A DNA stretch of 64,000 bases from Eledone cirrhosa (GCA_964016885.1 OZ024741.1:187674001-187738000), one strand, 5' to 3'. Counted from the first letter of the stretch, positions 1 through 14,710 are shown. The notes: generated from the letters alone by a model not told the origin. Translations and numbers: made by a program.

Positions 1-1530
1 ACAGTAGTGTTATGCCATGATCTTGTCAATACAGTAGTGTTATGTCATGACCATGTCAATACAGTAGTGTTATGTCATGATCTTGTCAATACAGTAGTGT
101 TATGTCATGATCTTGTCAATACAGTAGTGTTATGTCATGACCATGTCAATACAGTAGTGTTATGTCATGATCTTGTCAATACAGTAGTGTTATGTCATGA
201 CTTTGTCAATACAGTAGTGTTATGTCCTGACCATGTCAATACAGTAGTGTTATGTCCTGACCATGTCAATACAGTAGTGTTATGTCCTGACCATGTCAAT
301 ACAGTAGTGTTATGTCCTGACCATGTCAATACAGTAGTGTTATGTCATGACTTTGTCAATACAGTAATGTTATGCCATGACTTTGTCAATACAGTAGTGT
401 TATGTCCTGACCATGTCAATACACTAGTGTTATGCCATGACTTTGTCAATACAGTAGTGTTATGCCATGATCTTGTCAATACAGTAGTGTTATGTCATGA
501 CCATGTCAATACAGCACTATTATGCCATGACTTTGTCAATACAGTAATGTTATGCCATGACTTTGTCAATACAGTAGTGTTATGCCAAGACCTTGTCAAT
601 ACACTAGTGTTATGCCATGACCATGTCAATACAGTAGTGTTATGTCATGACCATGTCAATACAGTAGTGTTATGTCATGACTTTGTCAATACAGTAGTGT
701 TATGTCCTGACCATGTCAATACAGTAGTGTTATGTCCTGACCATGTCAATACAGTAGTGTTATGTCCTGACCATGTCAATACAGTAGTGTTATGTCCTGA
801 CCATGTCAATACAGTAGTGTTATGTCATGACTTTGTCAATACAGTAGTGTTATGCCATGACCTTGTCAATACAGTAGTGTTATGTCATGACTTTGTCAAT
901 ACAGTAGTGTTATGTCCTGACCATGTCAATACAGTAGTGTTATGCCATGAATTTGTCAATACAGTAGTGTTATGCCATGACCATGTCAATACAGTAGTGT
1001 TATGTCATGACCATGTCAATACAGTAGTGTTATGCCATGACCATGTCAATACAGTAGTGTTATGTCATGACCATGTCAATACAGTAGTGTTATGCCATGA
1101 CTTTGTCAATACAGTAGTGTTATGCCATGACCATGTCAATACAGTAGTGTTATGCCATGACCATGTCAATACAGTAGTGTTATGTCATGACCATGTCAAT
1201 ACAGTAGTGTTATGCCATGACCTTGTCAATACAGTAGTGTTATGCCATGACTTTGTCAATACAGTAGTGTTATGCCATGACTTTGTCAATACAGTAGTGT
1301 TATGTCATGACCATGTCAATACAGTAGTGTTATGCCATGACCTTGTCAATACAGTAGTGTTATGCCATGACTTTGTCAATACAGTAGTATTATGCCATGA
1401 CCTTGTAAATGCAGTAGTGTTATGCCATGACCTTGTCAATACAGTAGTGTTATGCCATGACTTTGTCAATACAGTAGTGTTATGTCATGACCTTGTCAAT
1501 ACAGTAGTGTTATGTCATGACCTTGGTTCA
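1..1530. repeat. 30-bp tandem minisatellite, 51 units (probably continues left of the window)
   Basis: Unit ACAGTAGTGTTATGYCATGACCWTGTCAAT repeats in exact 30-bp phase; decayed copies continue to about 1770. Confidence 0.98.
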
Positions 1531-1859
1531 ACAGTAATCTATTAACATCTTGTTAGTACAATAGCAATAGGGATATGCTAACATTATCTTGTTACTATAA
1601 TAGTAATGTGTTAATATTATCTTGCTGATACAATAGTGACATGCCATCAACTTGTCTCCACATTAGCCATATGCAGTACATCAACACAAACCACAAGCCA
1701 TCTTTTTATCGATATAAGAGAAATATGCAGTATGACAATACAACCACAATATATATTATGTCAATACAACAACAATATACTAATACATCCAACACCTTAG
1801 TGATTTACTATTACAATTAAAAAATTTGCTACTATTAAATAAATACAATATCTTACAAT

Positions 1860-2200
1860 GCCTTTTCTATAGGGACACATCATACAGAAACATGCTAATA
1901 GACACAGGTTATATTATTATACAATATAGATCCAAGCTATCTTATTTACACAACAGAGGTAGAGGTTAAATTATTTATACACTACAGACCTATGCTAATA
2001 GAAATAAATGTTATCTTATGTATACAATAAAGGTCCATATTCTTTATATAATAGAAACCTATGCTATTTTATTTATACAACAGAGATCCATGTTATAGTA
2101 TTTATACAACAGATCCCCAATATTCTATTTACACAACAGATCCATACTATCTTATTTATACAATAGAAATACATACTATCTTTTTTAGACGATCAATATA
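1860..2200. repeat. degenerate ~30-32-bp tandem repeat
   Basis: Recurrent ATGCTATCTTATTTATACAACAGAGATCC-like units. Confidence 0.7.
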
Positions 2201-2233
2201 TAAGCTCGTTATCATGTTTACATAAAGGTATTA

Positions 2234-2401
2234 CAGTGAAATTCCGTTATAATCAAATACACAGGGTATAAAAAAATTTGTAATGAAAAATTCTTTATAA
2301 CAAGATCGACCTAACACATCAACCGTGTGGCCGGGGATTGAAAAAAATGTTATACTGAAAAATTTGTTATAATGGTATTCGTTATAACGGAATTTTACCT
2401 G
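2234..2401 (+). mobile_element. TA-flanked MITE, Tc1/mariner-pogo type (family M1, copy 1)
   Basis: TIR CAGTGAAATTCCGTTATAA ... GTTATAACGGAATTTTACCTG, TA on both sides; three more copies in the window. Confidence 0.85.
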
Positions 2402-3391
2402 TAATACAATAGTGATATATATATTATTGTATTTATACCATAGGCATAAACTTGGGGTAAACAACAACCTCTAACCCTAGTTATATATAAAATATACAGT
2501 AACTCCAAATAATAACTGACTTAGACTGTGGCAATCCATTCAATATATGCAGCATGGAAGACTGACGATAATTGTTTATGTTGTTCCATGAGATAAAGCA
2601 GTGCCATTTCTATTTTTAAGCTCTGCTTAAAAATGGTTTCTAATTCAAGCACAGGGTCAGAAATTTTTGAGGAAAAGGAAAATTGATTATTATGAGTACT
2701 TGACTGGTACTTTATATTATTGACCCCAGAAGGATGAAAGGAAAAGTTGACAACTGTTTATGAAACATTTCCACAGTAATGATCTGGTAATCATTCTGTA
2801 AAAAATGTTCCCATTATTTTTTCTTTTGCTTTTTTTTCTCATTTAATCAAGGGAAGGAAGGGCAATGCACATGACCCTTTTGATTTTTTTTTTCAAGGGG
2901 TCCAAAATTGGTGAGAGAAAAGGAGGAAGTTATCTTAAAAACCAGAAATCTGGTTGAAATATTTCACAGCAAATTGAATTCTGCTTTAGGCACTCAAGAA
3001 CCTAGTTGTGGTGTTAAATCAGATGACAGATTAAGTTTACCACGAAAAAAGTCAGAATTCAAAGCAAGATAACAAATACCATAAAGTATCTCCTCTGACT
3101 TTTTTACAATTCTACCAACCCGCTGCTCTGGAGATATATATATATATATTATTCAACCCCCTAAAGATGAATGGCACAATTGACCTCAACAGGAATTGAA
3201 CCAGGAACACAACAAGCCAAAACAAATACTGCAATGTATTTTGTCCTACACTCTAAAGTCTCTGCAGAAGTGTCGAGTTGAAATCAACTCTTAGTTCTAG
3301 AATAACTAAAAATAACCTAAGCCTCTCATTTGTATATTCTATCATTAACAGAAAAGACAGGGGATTTAACACTGAATCTAACTTAAATGGT

Positions 3392-3565
3392 TTCACCTTT
3401 TAGCATTTAAACCAGCCATATCCAGCCAGAATTATCTCACCTCTTTCTGTTCAAACTGGCCACTCATACTGACATTAAAATATTGTTCACAAAATCTCAT
3501 AGATTCGATATTATGAGATAACGTAAAATAGTATATATAGAATAATGTAAATGCTGAAGGGTTAA
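3392..3565. mobile_element. piggyBac-like (TTAA) MITE, copy 1
   Basis: Ends TTCACCTTTTAGCATTTA ... TAAATGCTGAAGGGTTAA; closely similar to 3767-3995. Confidence 0.7.
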
Positions 3566-3640
3566 ATGGTTTAAAACGGCACAACTGTCATGAAACAGAT
3601 GGTAATTGTCATGTCAATGTTTCAATATCTGCCATTGTCA

Positions 3641-4097
3641 TTAACCCTTTCATAACCATATTTTTAACAAAATCCACTGCTTCTGATTTTTACATAATTA
3701 AAAATTTGCAAGGATTTAGTACTATAACAAACTTTCTCATTACTAAGCTGGTGATTGGAGTATAGCTTAACACTTTAGCATTTAAACCAGCAATATCCAG
3801 CCAGAATTCTCTCACCTCTTTCTGTTCAAACCAGTCATAACTGGCCACTCATACTGATGTTAATGTATTGTTCTCAAAATGAATAACATCAAACTCTCAT
3901 AGATCCAATACTAATGTGAGATAATTATGTAAGATAAAGCCTTTACCACGAAAATACAATAGTATATATAGAGTAATGTAAATGCTATGGGTTAAATGTG
4001 CTGATATAAAACTATGATGGAAGGTTTTTGGAAAAGTATAAGCATTTTAAAACAGAAATTTGTATGACAGAAACAGTAGAAAACAGTGGTGGTTACA
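3641..4097. mobile_element. piggyBac-like MITE (second family) with a nested MITE at 3767-3995
   Basis: Starts TTAACCCTTTC. The inner element is flanked by TTAA (3767, 3992) with TIR TTAACACTTTAGCATTTA/TAAATGCTATGGGTTAA. A related outer fragment lies at about 4291-4460. Confidence 0.6.
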
Positions 4098-4621
4098 TGT
4101 GATTTGATGAAAAGAGGTAAAACCCACTGTATATATTGCCTACACATTGGACAAATTCACCACAATCTTGCATTATGGAGTCAGTTATAGCTTTGTCTAC
4201 TTTCTTATAAACAAAATCAGCCAGCCACCATCCCTGTCATCAATACCTCCAAAAATGTATAGATGTACAGAACCACCAAGCAAAGGCCATGTTAACTCTT
4301 TCATTATTATATTTCTAAGGAAATATACTGTTACCATTTTCAGTTAAATTTCAAAATATCCAAACATCTGAAGGAATTTCATAAAATAACTAACTTGGTC
4401 ATTGATAAGATGATATTAAGAATATTGCTAAAAAAATGATGGAAGATTTTCATATAAAGACAAACATTTTGTAATGTTACTAGTACATATACGTATATGT
4501 GTGTTTATAAATATATTATATATATATATATACACACACAGAAAAGTTACCAAAAGTCACTATACCATGTGTATATATATATATAATGGTCTGGTGATTT
4601 TTGGATCATGCTGTATTAATA

Positions 4622-4661
<40 letters not shown>

Positions 4662-4813
4662 TAATATATACATATATATCCTATATCATATATTTATACG
4701 TGCTAGCGTGGAAGATGGACGTTAAACGGAGATGATGATGATGATGATACATATCTATATATATATATATATATATTATATATTTTTTTATATATATATA
4801 TATAAAAATAATA

Positions 4814-4881
<68 letters not shown>

Positions 4882-5556
4882 ATATTTATATATAAACATA
4901 TATATGGATATACATATACATATATATAAACACATATATATATATATCAAGTTTATACGTATATATATATAGTTTTAACTGTGCTTGTACATTATATATA
5001 CCAGCAGATATATAGATAATTGTTTATAGATAGATAAACAAAGAAGGGGTGCAGATAGATAGATAGATAGAAAGACATAACTTGGCAGATTGGTGGGCAA
5101 ACATGTATACAGTAATATTTGAGGAGGGGGGGGGGGGATAGATAGAGAAAGTAGAAATATTTTCTGATGAGTATAATCAAATTAAAAGAAATGGTTATTA
5201 AAATTGTCAGATTTAGAAACACTGAAAGATCTCCAAAAACTTACAAATAGTCCTCCTCTAACACACAATATACACACAAATATATACACAGCTATGGTGC
5301 CAATGCCATTTTTCATATGTTTGGTGTTCTTCCTTTATGGTAGAGAGAATCACGAGACTAGATTATCACAAGTGTCATGTGAATGAAAGAGAGGTTGGTT
5401 GGGCTGGCTACGATCATCATTTCATCGATCATATATCATCTAAACATCAAGGAACTGCCTGACTGTTATTACAGCATTATTTTGGTTATTTTAATGATAT
5501 ATATATATATATATATAATATATATATATATGATATATATATATAGAGATATAGAG

Positions 5557-5636
<80 letters not shown>

Positions 5637-5670
5637 TATATATATGATATATATATATAGAGATATAGAG

Positions 5671-5770
<100 letters not shown>

Positions 5771-5995
5771 TATAATATATATAATATATATATCATATAT
5801 ATATGTAATATATATATATATATATATATTACATATATATATGATATATATATTATATATATTATATATATATATATTATATATATATATATATATTACA
5901 TATATATATGATATATATATTATATATATATATATATATATTACATATATATATATATGATATATATATTATATATTACATATATATATATGATA

Positions 5996-6052
<57 letters not shown>

Positions 6053-6228
6053 GATGATATATATCATATATATATATATATATAATATATGATATATATA
6101 TTATATATATCATTATCTTATATATATATATAATATATATATATATATATAATTATAATAATAATAATATAAATATATATAATATATATATTATATATAT
6201 ATATAATTATAACAATAATAATAATAAT

Positions 6229-6275
<47 letters not shown>

Positions 6276-6468
6276 TATAATAATATACATATATATATAT
6301 ATATATATATAAATATATAATAATATACATATACATATATATATATAAATATATAATAATATACATATATATATATACAATTATATAATATACATATATA
6401 TAATAATTGTTTCTACTTTTTGGCACAAGGCCAGCAAATACCCAGTACATTACTGGTACTTTAATAAT

Positions 6469-6537
<69 letters not shown>

Positions 6538-7741
6538 TATACACACACACACACACTAAATTGTATCTATAGCATTCATTCATAACGAAGAAATTCTAGT
6601 TTTAAAAGTCGATAAATTGTAGTATATCTGTAGTTTAGGTCACGAGTTACTTTAAACAAAGAATCTTACACACACAAGTGAGGAAAATGAAGTCACCCTT
6701 GGCATCCAACATTTATAGAGGATTTTTTAGCCAGAGAAAATATGGGTGACGGAATACTGGGCTCTAACTAAAGGAAATAGTATATTTTAATTGGCAAAAG
6801 TTAAAATATGTTTGTGCAGAAAACGAACAAAAACAACGACTTTATGGAAATGGTGGGTGAAAAAATTTAAATGAATGAACTGAATGAGACTAGAGAGGAG
6901 GCCGAAAGAAGTCTACAAACATTTTATAGAAGAATGTGGGAGAATGAGTTTGTGAATCATTCATGTATTGCTCTGATGGTCATTTAGTGTTACGTGCCTT
7001 TCTAATAAAGAATTTAACAAAATATTGGAATCGATCTGACTAGAAATTTCTATCGAGATCGATGTAGTAGGAGATAAGTGAAAACATTTAGGAAGTAGTT
7101 TGCAAAGAAAAAGTTATTACAAGAATGGGAGAGAGAAGAGAGTTGAGTGGGCAGAGAACTAGCAATTCTCCGCCTCGAAAATAAGTTGCTTTTATGGATT
7201 TACCCCTGATCTGCGTCAATTGATCAAACCTATGGTCAAAGAAATACCTGCTATAGCCACACTGCATTTCCGTAAATCAAGCGTATCATTTGCCCGATAT
7301 GTTCATTTTAGATTTATGAATCGCATCACATGACTGTTTACTAATTCCATTCACACTACGATGCTCCATAGGAATATTAAATCGACATCAGTAATTGAGT
7401 GGTACTATATTTTATCGAAATAGGAAGGAAGAAAATCAAAATTGACCCAGGTCAGTTCACCCTAACGATGAATGACAACCTCGTCCTTTTTTTTTGTCAG
7501 TTGCAAGGAATCAAAGATCACGTTATCTAGTGTGCTCTGTCTAAGACAGTCGGATATGATTTCAGTGAGGTTGGTTAGCTATATCTAGCAGGTCAAGCAC
7601 CTAAAAAGGAATGAGTGAATTGCACAAGACAGGGCGAAAGTCCCAGCCATTCGTGTACGTGTGAAAGCAAATAACAGACTGTAGAACACAATATATATAT
7701 AAAATATATATATAAAATTTGGAAGGATAGACAAGAAGGTG

Positions 7742-7812
<71 letters not shown>

Positions 7813-7950
7813 TATATTTAAAATTGTTGGGTTACAACTAGTAAATATTTATAACTGATATAAAAGCACTCGACAAATACTTGGAGTATATTTACAATAT
7901 TAAATATTAAATAAATAAATGGAAAACTATATTTATAAAACCATATTTAT

Positions 7951-8006
7951 TTCATTATATATATTTCGGGGATATCATATTAACAAAGTGAACCTCTTCA
8001 AATGAA
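7951..8006 (-). ncRNA. degenerate hammerhead ribozyme motif (family A, inverted copy; C3 mutated)
   Basis: Minus strand reads TTCAT-TTGAAGA-gg...cccc-GAAA-TATATA-TA-ATGAA; it is the inverted partner of 8062-8127. Confidence 0.55.
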
Positions 8007-8061
8007 GTTGATGTTTATTACGGTATGTCGAATATATTTATCTATAAAACTGTTTATATTG

Positions 8062-8127
8062 TATTTTGTCTGATGAAGGCATAGCATATTGTTAATATGA
8101 TATCCCCGAAATATATATAATGAAATA
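8062..8127 (+). ncRNA. type I hammerhead ribozyme motif (family A) in a Penelope-like pLTR fragment
   Basis: Stem I TATTTTGT/ATGAAATA (2 G-U), CTGATGA 8070-8076, imperfect stem II (CATATT/AATATG, GG/CC), GAAA 8108-8111, palindromic stem III ATATATAT, AUA site at 8119. Confidence 0.7.
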
Positions 8128-8165
8128 AATATGGTTTTATAAATATAGTTTTCCATTTATTTAAT

Positions 8166-8200
<35 letters not shown>

Positions 8201-8385
8201 TGGGGCAATGAGAAAGGAACAAGAATGTTCGCTGTTGCCTATTGAGAATAAGGGAAGAGGCGCCATTCCAGTAGGCACAGAAAAAGAAAAGGACAATGAG
8301 AAAGAATGCTATTAACCGGCGAAATAGACTGCAGCTGGTTTCAGCTAAGGATTAGGGCTCTTCCAGTATATCACCAGACTGACAG

Positions 8386-8430
<45 letters not shown>

Positions 8431-8610
8431 GTATGGTAAAGTAACTCTTACAGTCCTTTGTTCCGCAAAGATATTGTTAGCTTTATGAATTGCAACAATC
8501 ACATGATTTAATGTTAAGCTGAGAAGAGAGGGGAAAATATGGTGTTACGTTATACAGAATACAAACGTAAATTACGGCTTATATACATTAAACTAACGTG
8601 TGAGTGTATG

Positions 8611-8669
<59 letters not shown>

Positions 8670-9107
8670 ACAGAGAGAGAGAGAGAGGAAATTGAACAAA
8701 GATTTTGACTTACTCCACTAAATGATGAGTCCACTTATTCTTATTCTACTATGATATATCTTATTTCGCCCACTAAAATATATTCCATTCCCTCAAGCTT
8801 TTATGGTAGGTAAAGAATTGATATTTAAATGGCCTCCACCCGGGGTTGGTGTAGAAGAGGGAACATGTATTGGACATATGGGAATAGAAAGAGATATTAA
8901 TCCTTTATAAGGAACGGGAGAAAGAACGATTTATATTTTTATGTAAAGGAACAAATAACTAACTGCTTCTCTAGAATTGATACTTTCTAAACATAAAACT
9001 ACCAAGACAACGAAATTACACAAGGAAGTCGAGACGCCTGGGTAAATTCTGGACGGTTTCCAACTTCGAATATATATATTTACATATTTGAAGTTGGAAA
9101 CCATCTA

Positions 9108-9157
<50 letters not shown>

Positions 9158-9753
9158 CAATAAAGCACTGACCAGTTAGAGAATAAATAGAACATACAAC
9201 AAAATGAGAATGATGAAGATCAGCTTCAATTAGAGAGAGAGAGAATGTGCAGAATACAAAGAGGATGAGAGACAATAGAAAAGGAAAGAGAGAATGGTGA
9301 CATGTGACGGCGCCATTCTTTGCCAAAAAGACCATATTCCACTTTTTTTTTCTTTGTGATAGAACCAATTCACAGAACTAAAATATTATTTTCTTATATA
9401 ATATATAGGGTGCTCTATATTTTTCTTCTCAAAAATACATCCTACTTTGCATTCAAAGATATATTACATAATGTATATATATACATATATATATATATAT
9501 ACATACATATATATATATACATACATATATATATATACATACATATATATATATATATATATATTAAACATAATATATATCTAATCTATATATTATATGA
9601 TGCATATATATTAAATATTATATACATAATATATATACAATATGTATGTGTATGTGTGTGTAATATTGCTCCATACTTTTTTCTTCCAAATGCATTCAAA
9701 GAACGAATACTATATATATATTACTCATTTTTTGTGTACATATATATACATAA

Positions 9754-9810
<57 letters not shown>

Positions 9811-10675
9811 CCATACAAACATGAAGGTATTCCGATTTAACAAAATGCGTAATACGTTTTATCCTGCCAGTGGGTCACACAAAGGTGAAAATCCAGTTGT
9901 AGTTGTTGCTTTCGTTGTTTGGCCTTTCCCACTAATAAAAAACAACCCTGATCCAGTGAACATATCATAAAGACGTTCCAGCCATAGCCATCATGTCTTT
10001 CTTTTTTTTTTCCTCTTCACTTGGTCTTTTTTAGAGAAGGGGTTATCAGCTATAGTGTATCTAGGACAATGTGTCCTTCCATTTTATGTATATATATTGT
10101 GATGACTGTTAAATGTCTGTATATATGTCTGTATATATGTCTGTATATATGTCAATTCATATTATAAAGTGTGTGTGTGTTTGTGTAAAGGATTTGTTTC
10201 TTCCTTTTTGAGGAAATTAGGAGGAAAACAGACTTATATGTAAGAAAAATGGCAAAGCATATACTTTGGTGATATTTAAGTCGTTCACTTCGCTTTTCAC
10301 AGACGAAATACTTATAAATCAACCAACGGCAAAATAAATACGTAATTCCAGATTGAAGAGATTGTAATAAACCATTGCCCCTACCCTATAAAAAAAGTGT
10401 TTAAAGGAAGAAATATATAGATAAACGATAATTTAACAAGAAAGATCCTGGTCAAACTAAAATTTTCAACAAAAGGCCAGCTTCTTCTTCCTTGTGATTT
10501 TAGTCTTGTGCTTTGCTGGCCCGGTAATATCAGGGGAGGTAAGTAGGACGCCGCTACTGATGAATTACACTTGGAAGCGTATATATATTTATATTGTGGA
10601 AACTACAAGCATACATATGCATGTGTATTGTAGAAATTCAGATACATACACAAGTATATACTTATTTGTGTGTTT

Positions 10676-10714
<39 letters not shown>

Positions 10715-11032
10715 TATACATGCATGCGTGTGTGTGTATATATATATATATCTTTTTTTTTATATAAGTATACATATGCGCATGCTCCCCTACCAATGCG
10801 TGGGTGGGTTGAAGGTATTCTAGAAATGTTTATACACATATACGCATATAGCTTGTGAACGGATACAGGCTCAGCTACCAATTTGCGTGGGTGGATTAAA
10901 GGTGTATTTGGCGCCCGATCTAGCTGGGGGCGATCTCAGGGTGAGAGATAATAAAAGTGTTTGGCAAGGATATTTGAATGGAGGGAAGATAAGAATTTTA
11001 ATGTATCGAAACATATGACTTGTGAATAAATA

Positions 11033-11090
<58 letters not shown>

Positions 11091-11093
<3 letters not shown>

Positions 11094-11261
11094 GGAAAAT
11101 ATGTGACCCCGACGGCAGAGCTCAAGCCGTTTCAACGGCTATTTCTGGACTTGAGCTCTGCCGTCGGGGTCAAACATTTTCCTATTACCCACTCTACTAC
11201 CCTAAGTATTGAGTACTTTGGTGCGTTATGGTCCATCTGGTTCCTTATCACATTTCCTTCG

Positions 11262-11262
<1 letters not shown>
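11091..11262. mobile_element. Penelope-like pLTR fragment, family B (3' half of a hammerhead) with inverted duplication, between (TA)n tracts
   Basis: Hairpin arms GACCCCGACGGCAGAGCTCAAG/CTTGAGCTCTGCCGTCGGGGTC; homologous to 33473-33641 and 63281-63330. Confidence 0.7.
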
Positions 11263-11305
<43 letters not shown>

Positions 11306-11919
11306 TTTTTTATGACAGGTTGAATGAGTTGGGGTCCAAAACCCAACGAAATTTAAGTACCTGTTTATGTCACTGTGGTAACTATTGATATAATATAATA
11401 TGATATGATATGATATGATATAATATATAATATAATATAATAAATAAATATATATATACACACATACATACATACATACATACATACATACATACATACA
11501 TACATACATACATACATACATACTAAATCCTAAAATCAAAATCTAGGGCAAATTGTGGGGTTCCGAATTATATGCACTATTTGCTTCATAATAATAATAG
11601 TGACGAAGTTCTTAATTAGAAGAAATAGTAATGAAATGAGCAACGTGTTGCCCAGAGGTCAGCATATATGGTCACATTGACCTACTTTGCTAACATCACA
11701 AACGTTTGAATTACTGCTAGAAAGTGTATGGAATAGGATCTGGTAATGTTGGTGAAAGAGGGAAGGCATTTTATAAAATAGAAAAAAACATTTTTATGTG
11801 AAAATAAGTTTCTTATGGCTACGAAACAACTAAGATTTCCATTTCAAAATAAAAGATAATATATAGATAGATATAATATAAAAATAATATAATATAATAT
11901 AATATAATATAATATTATA

Positions 11920-12005
11920 CATTCTCATACTAAGTTACCATGAAGAACTAACATCCGAAACGTTAAGTCTCTTTTCCTACTATACCATGTGTTAAACTAA
12001 TATAT
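11920..12005 (+). mobile_element. degenerate hammerhead-bearing repeat, family F
   Basis: ATGAAGA...CC-GAAACGTT-AAGTCT...TACTATA...GTTAAACTAATATATA; homologous to 33177-33230 and 40945-41030. Confidence 0.5.
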
Positions 12006-12066
12006 ATCATCATTGTATTGTTCTGTTTCTGTTTTCTTTGTTGACGTTTCTTATATATATATATAT

Positions 12067-12151
<85 letters not shown>

Positions 12152-12397
12152 GAGAGTATAAAAGTATTTAACGGTTCTTTCCATTTCGGCTGAAATAGCC
12201 CTCAAAGAAGGAAAATTGCTAAAAGATGACCACGGTCAAAGAATATTTTACTCGAAATATAAGGAACTATTGAATATCATTCTCATTGTCTTTTTTTTCT
12301 TCCTCTCCCCTAAATATATATGTAGTTAATAAATGAAACAAAAAAACACGAGGCAATTTTACAGTTATATTAGGTCCACGCTTGGTGGAAGTTGGGG

Positions 12398-12433
12398 TTT
12401 CGACGTTTCGGACAGAAGTACTTCTTCAGGAAA
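12398..12433 (-). ncRNA. minimal type I hammerhead ribozyme motif
   Basis: Minus strand reads TTTC-CTGAAGA-A-GTAC-TTCT-GTCC-GAAA-CGTC-GAAA. Stem I is 4 bp, stem II has one mismatch, stem III is palindromic ACGT with a GUC site; a pyrimidine-rich leader runs to a (TA)n tract. Confidence 0.75.
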
Positions 12434-12616
12434 GTTCGGATAAGGAGAGAACAGATACACATAAGGGCAGTGTGAGAAAGTTTGTGAAAAAAATAATAAT
12501 AGTGATGGGAGGGGGGTGAAAGGTCGGGCCTGAGGCGGGGGACAGAGTGGACATTTTCATACATACATTCAATACACACATATAAATATATATATATATT
12601 TATTACATTTTATATA

Positions 12617-12651
<35 letters not shown>

Positions 12652-12652
12652 C

Positions 12653-12691
<39 letters not shown>

Positions 12692-12760
12692 CATTATATA
12701 TATATTACATTATACATTATATATTTTATATATATATATATATATATACATACATATATA

Positions 12761-12803
<43 letters not shown>

Positions 12804-12831
12804 ATTATATATATATTATATATATATTATA

Positions 12832-12928
<97 letters not shown>

Positions 12929-13953
12929 CATACATACATACACATATACATTTTTTTCTCCGCTTCTTTCTAGGGCAATTTAATAGTATATAGCTTCGAA
13001 ATGAATCTTGTATAACAGATGGATGTTTAAAAGCCTACTTTCGTTTCATTTTAATATTTTTGATTTTAAGAGTTGAATTAATATTCAAATATGAAAATGT
13101 TATTTATTCATTAGTTTTGCTATTCTTTATGAAATATGAACATTGAATTAATGTTATTATTGACTGTAATAAATATATTTTTTTTAATTAATGATATTTT
13201 GATTTCATTAACGTGATATTTCTTTTTCAAATTGATTTATTTAACGAGAATTTTCAATTTAAACAGGCTTTCATTGATTTTTCCCATAAAATATTGATTT
13301 TTTTTTAAAATTAGGACAAGGTCAAATTAACAACTACTATTTAGACTATAAAATTAATGATCGGTAAAGACTGTAATGGTCACATGGACAAAAACAGGTT
13401 TAAAACTATCACTGTTTTCAACAATATTTCAGTTAGTTTTGGGTTTCCAAACGGTAAGATTGAGATAACTGCATTATTAGTTCTGATATGTACACATACG
13501 TTTTTTGTTGTTTTTTTTTTGCTTGTTTGTTTTTCTTTAGCTCTTTCTTTTTTTTTCTATTTATTGTTAAAGCCGTATAGACATGAGGGTTCAAATAAAT
13601 AGAAGAAATACGAGGAAGACTAAGGAATAAGACTTAAGAGATTATCGTTGATATATTTCCGAAATATAGCTTCGATAATATCGGGGAAGTAAAATTAGAA
13701 AAAGAAAAAACTGTAGAAATCAGATGGAAGAGAAGTCTTGTGACGCTTTGAAAGCAGGGGAGGTAAATAGAGATGTATGTAGGCGTGTAAAGTGAGCGGA
13801 GAGTTCAAAATGACATAATATAATAGTATAATATAAACCATTATAATTTACAAGTTGACTTGTAGCTTGTGTTGCGAACAGCAATAATAATTTATATATA
13901 TATATATATACATACGTACGTACGTGTATGTATATACGTATGAATATTCAAAT

Positions 13954-13996
<43 letters not shown>

Positions 13997-14249
13997 CCTT
14001 AATTTACAGCTTCATAAAGTATATATATATATCAATAAATTAATAAACCAATAATCAACTCACATGATTAGTTGCACCGCAGATTCTATATATGTTTATA
14101 TATACATGCATACATACATATATACATGGATGAATACATATACATACATACATACATACATACATACATACATACATACATACATACATACATACATGCA
14201 TGAATACATACATACATACATTCATACATACATACATACATACATACAT

Positions 14250-14341
<92 letters not shown>

Positions 14342-14602
14342 ATACATTAAGAGTGAATATTATGATACGCTACAGACATCCATAGACTATTCGGCCGCCT
14401 CAACCTGCAAGAAATAGCAGCCAAATCTAAAAACTTTTTGAGTCCATGGAGCCCTTCAGGGAATCTTTTGAATCCTTTATCGACCCCAGGCATGTACAAA
14501 AATAAATAAGTAAACAGAATATGATATAAATAGATAATTTTATATAAATCACAACCGTGTTTAAGGAAGTTGTATTTTATTGTATCAATTTAGGTATTTT
14601 CA

Positions 14603-14710
14603 TTTCCCGCCGAGGTTAACTTTGCTTTTCATCCTTACGGGGTCGATAAAAATAAAGTACCAGTAATGCAGTGATGATTTGCCGGCCTTGTGCCAAAAGT
14701 ATAAATAATT
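14603..14710 (+). mobile_element. tRNA-derived SINE (family S1), 5'-truncated
   Basis: TCCCGCCGAGGTTAACTTTGCTTTTCATCCTTACGGGGTCGATAAAATAAAGTACCAG...GGCCTTGTGCCAAAAGTA; about 20 copies or fragments in the window. Confidence 0.85.

Noticed and set aside
1-1530. CRISPR-like array (also 31945-32505 and 40195-40820)
   Set aside because: No unique spacers, no cas genes, eukaryotic context.
7-1545. 512-aa Cys/His-rich repeat ORF
   Set aside because: It is a 30-bp minisatellite that happens to be stop-free in one frame; it has a GTG start and no unique domain or splice evidence.
6668-6768. Exon-like segment on the minus strand (TTCCTTTAG ... GTAAGA)
   Set aside because: All three frames contain stops; it could be non-coding but is unsupported.
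8320-8385. Hammerhead-like fragments (also about 10555, 11005, 12175, 35600, 48280, 50100)
   Set aside because: Each lacks one or more essential core elements or has no convincing stem I.
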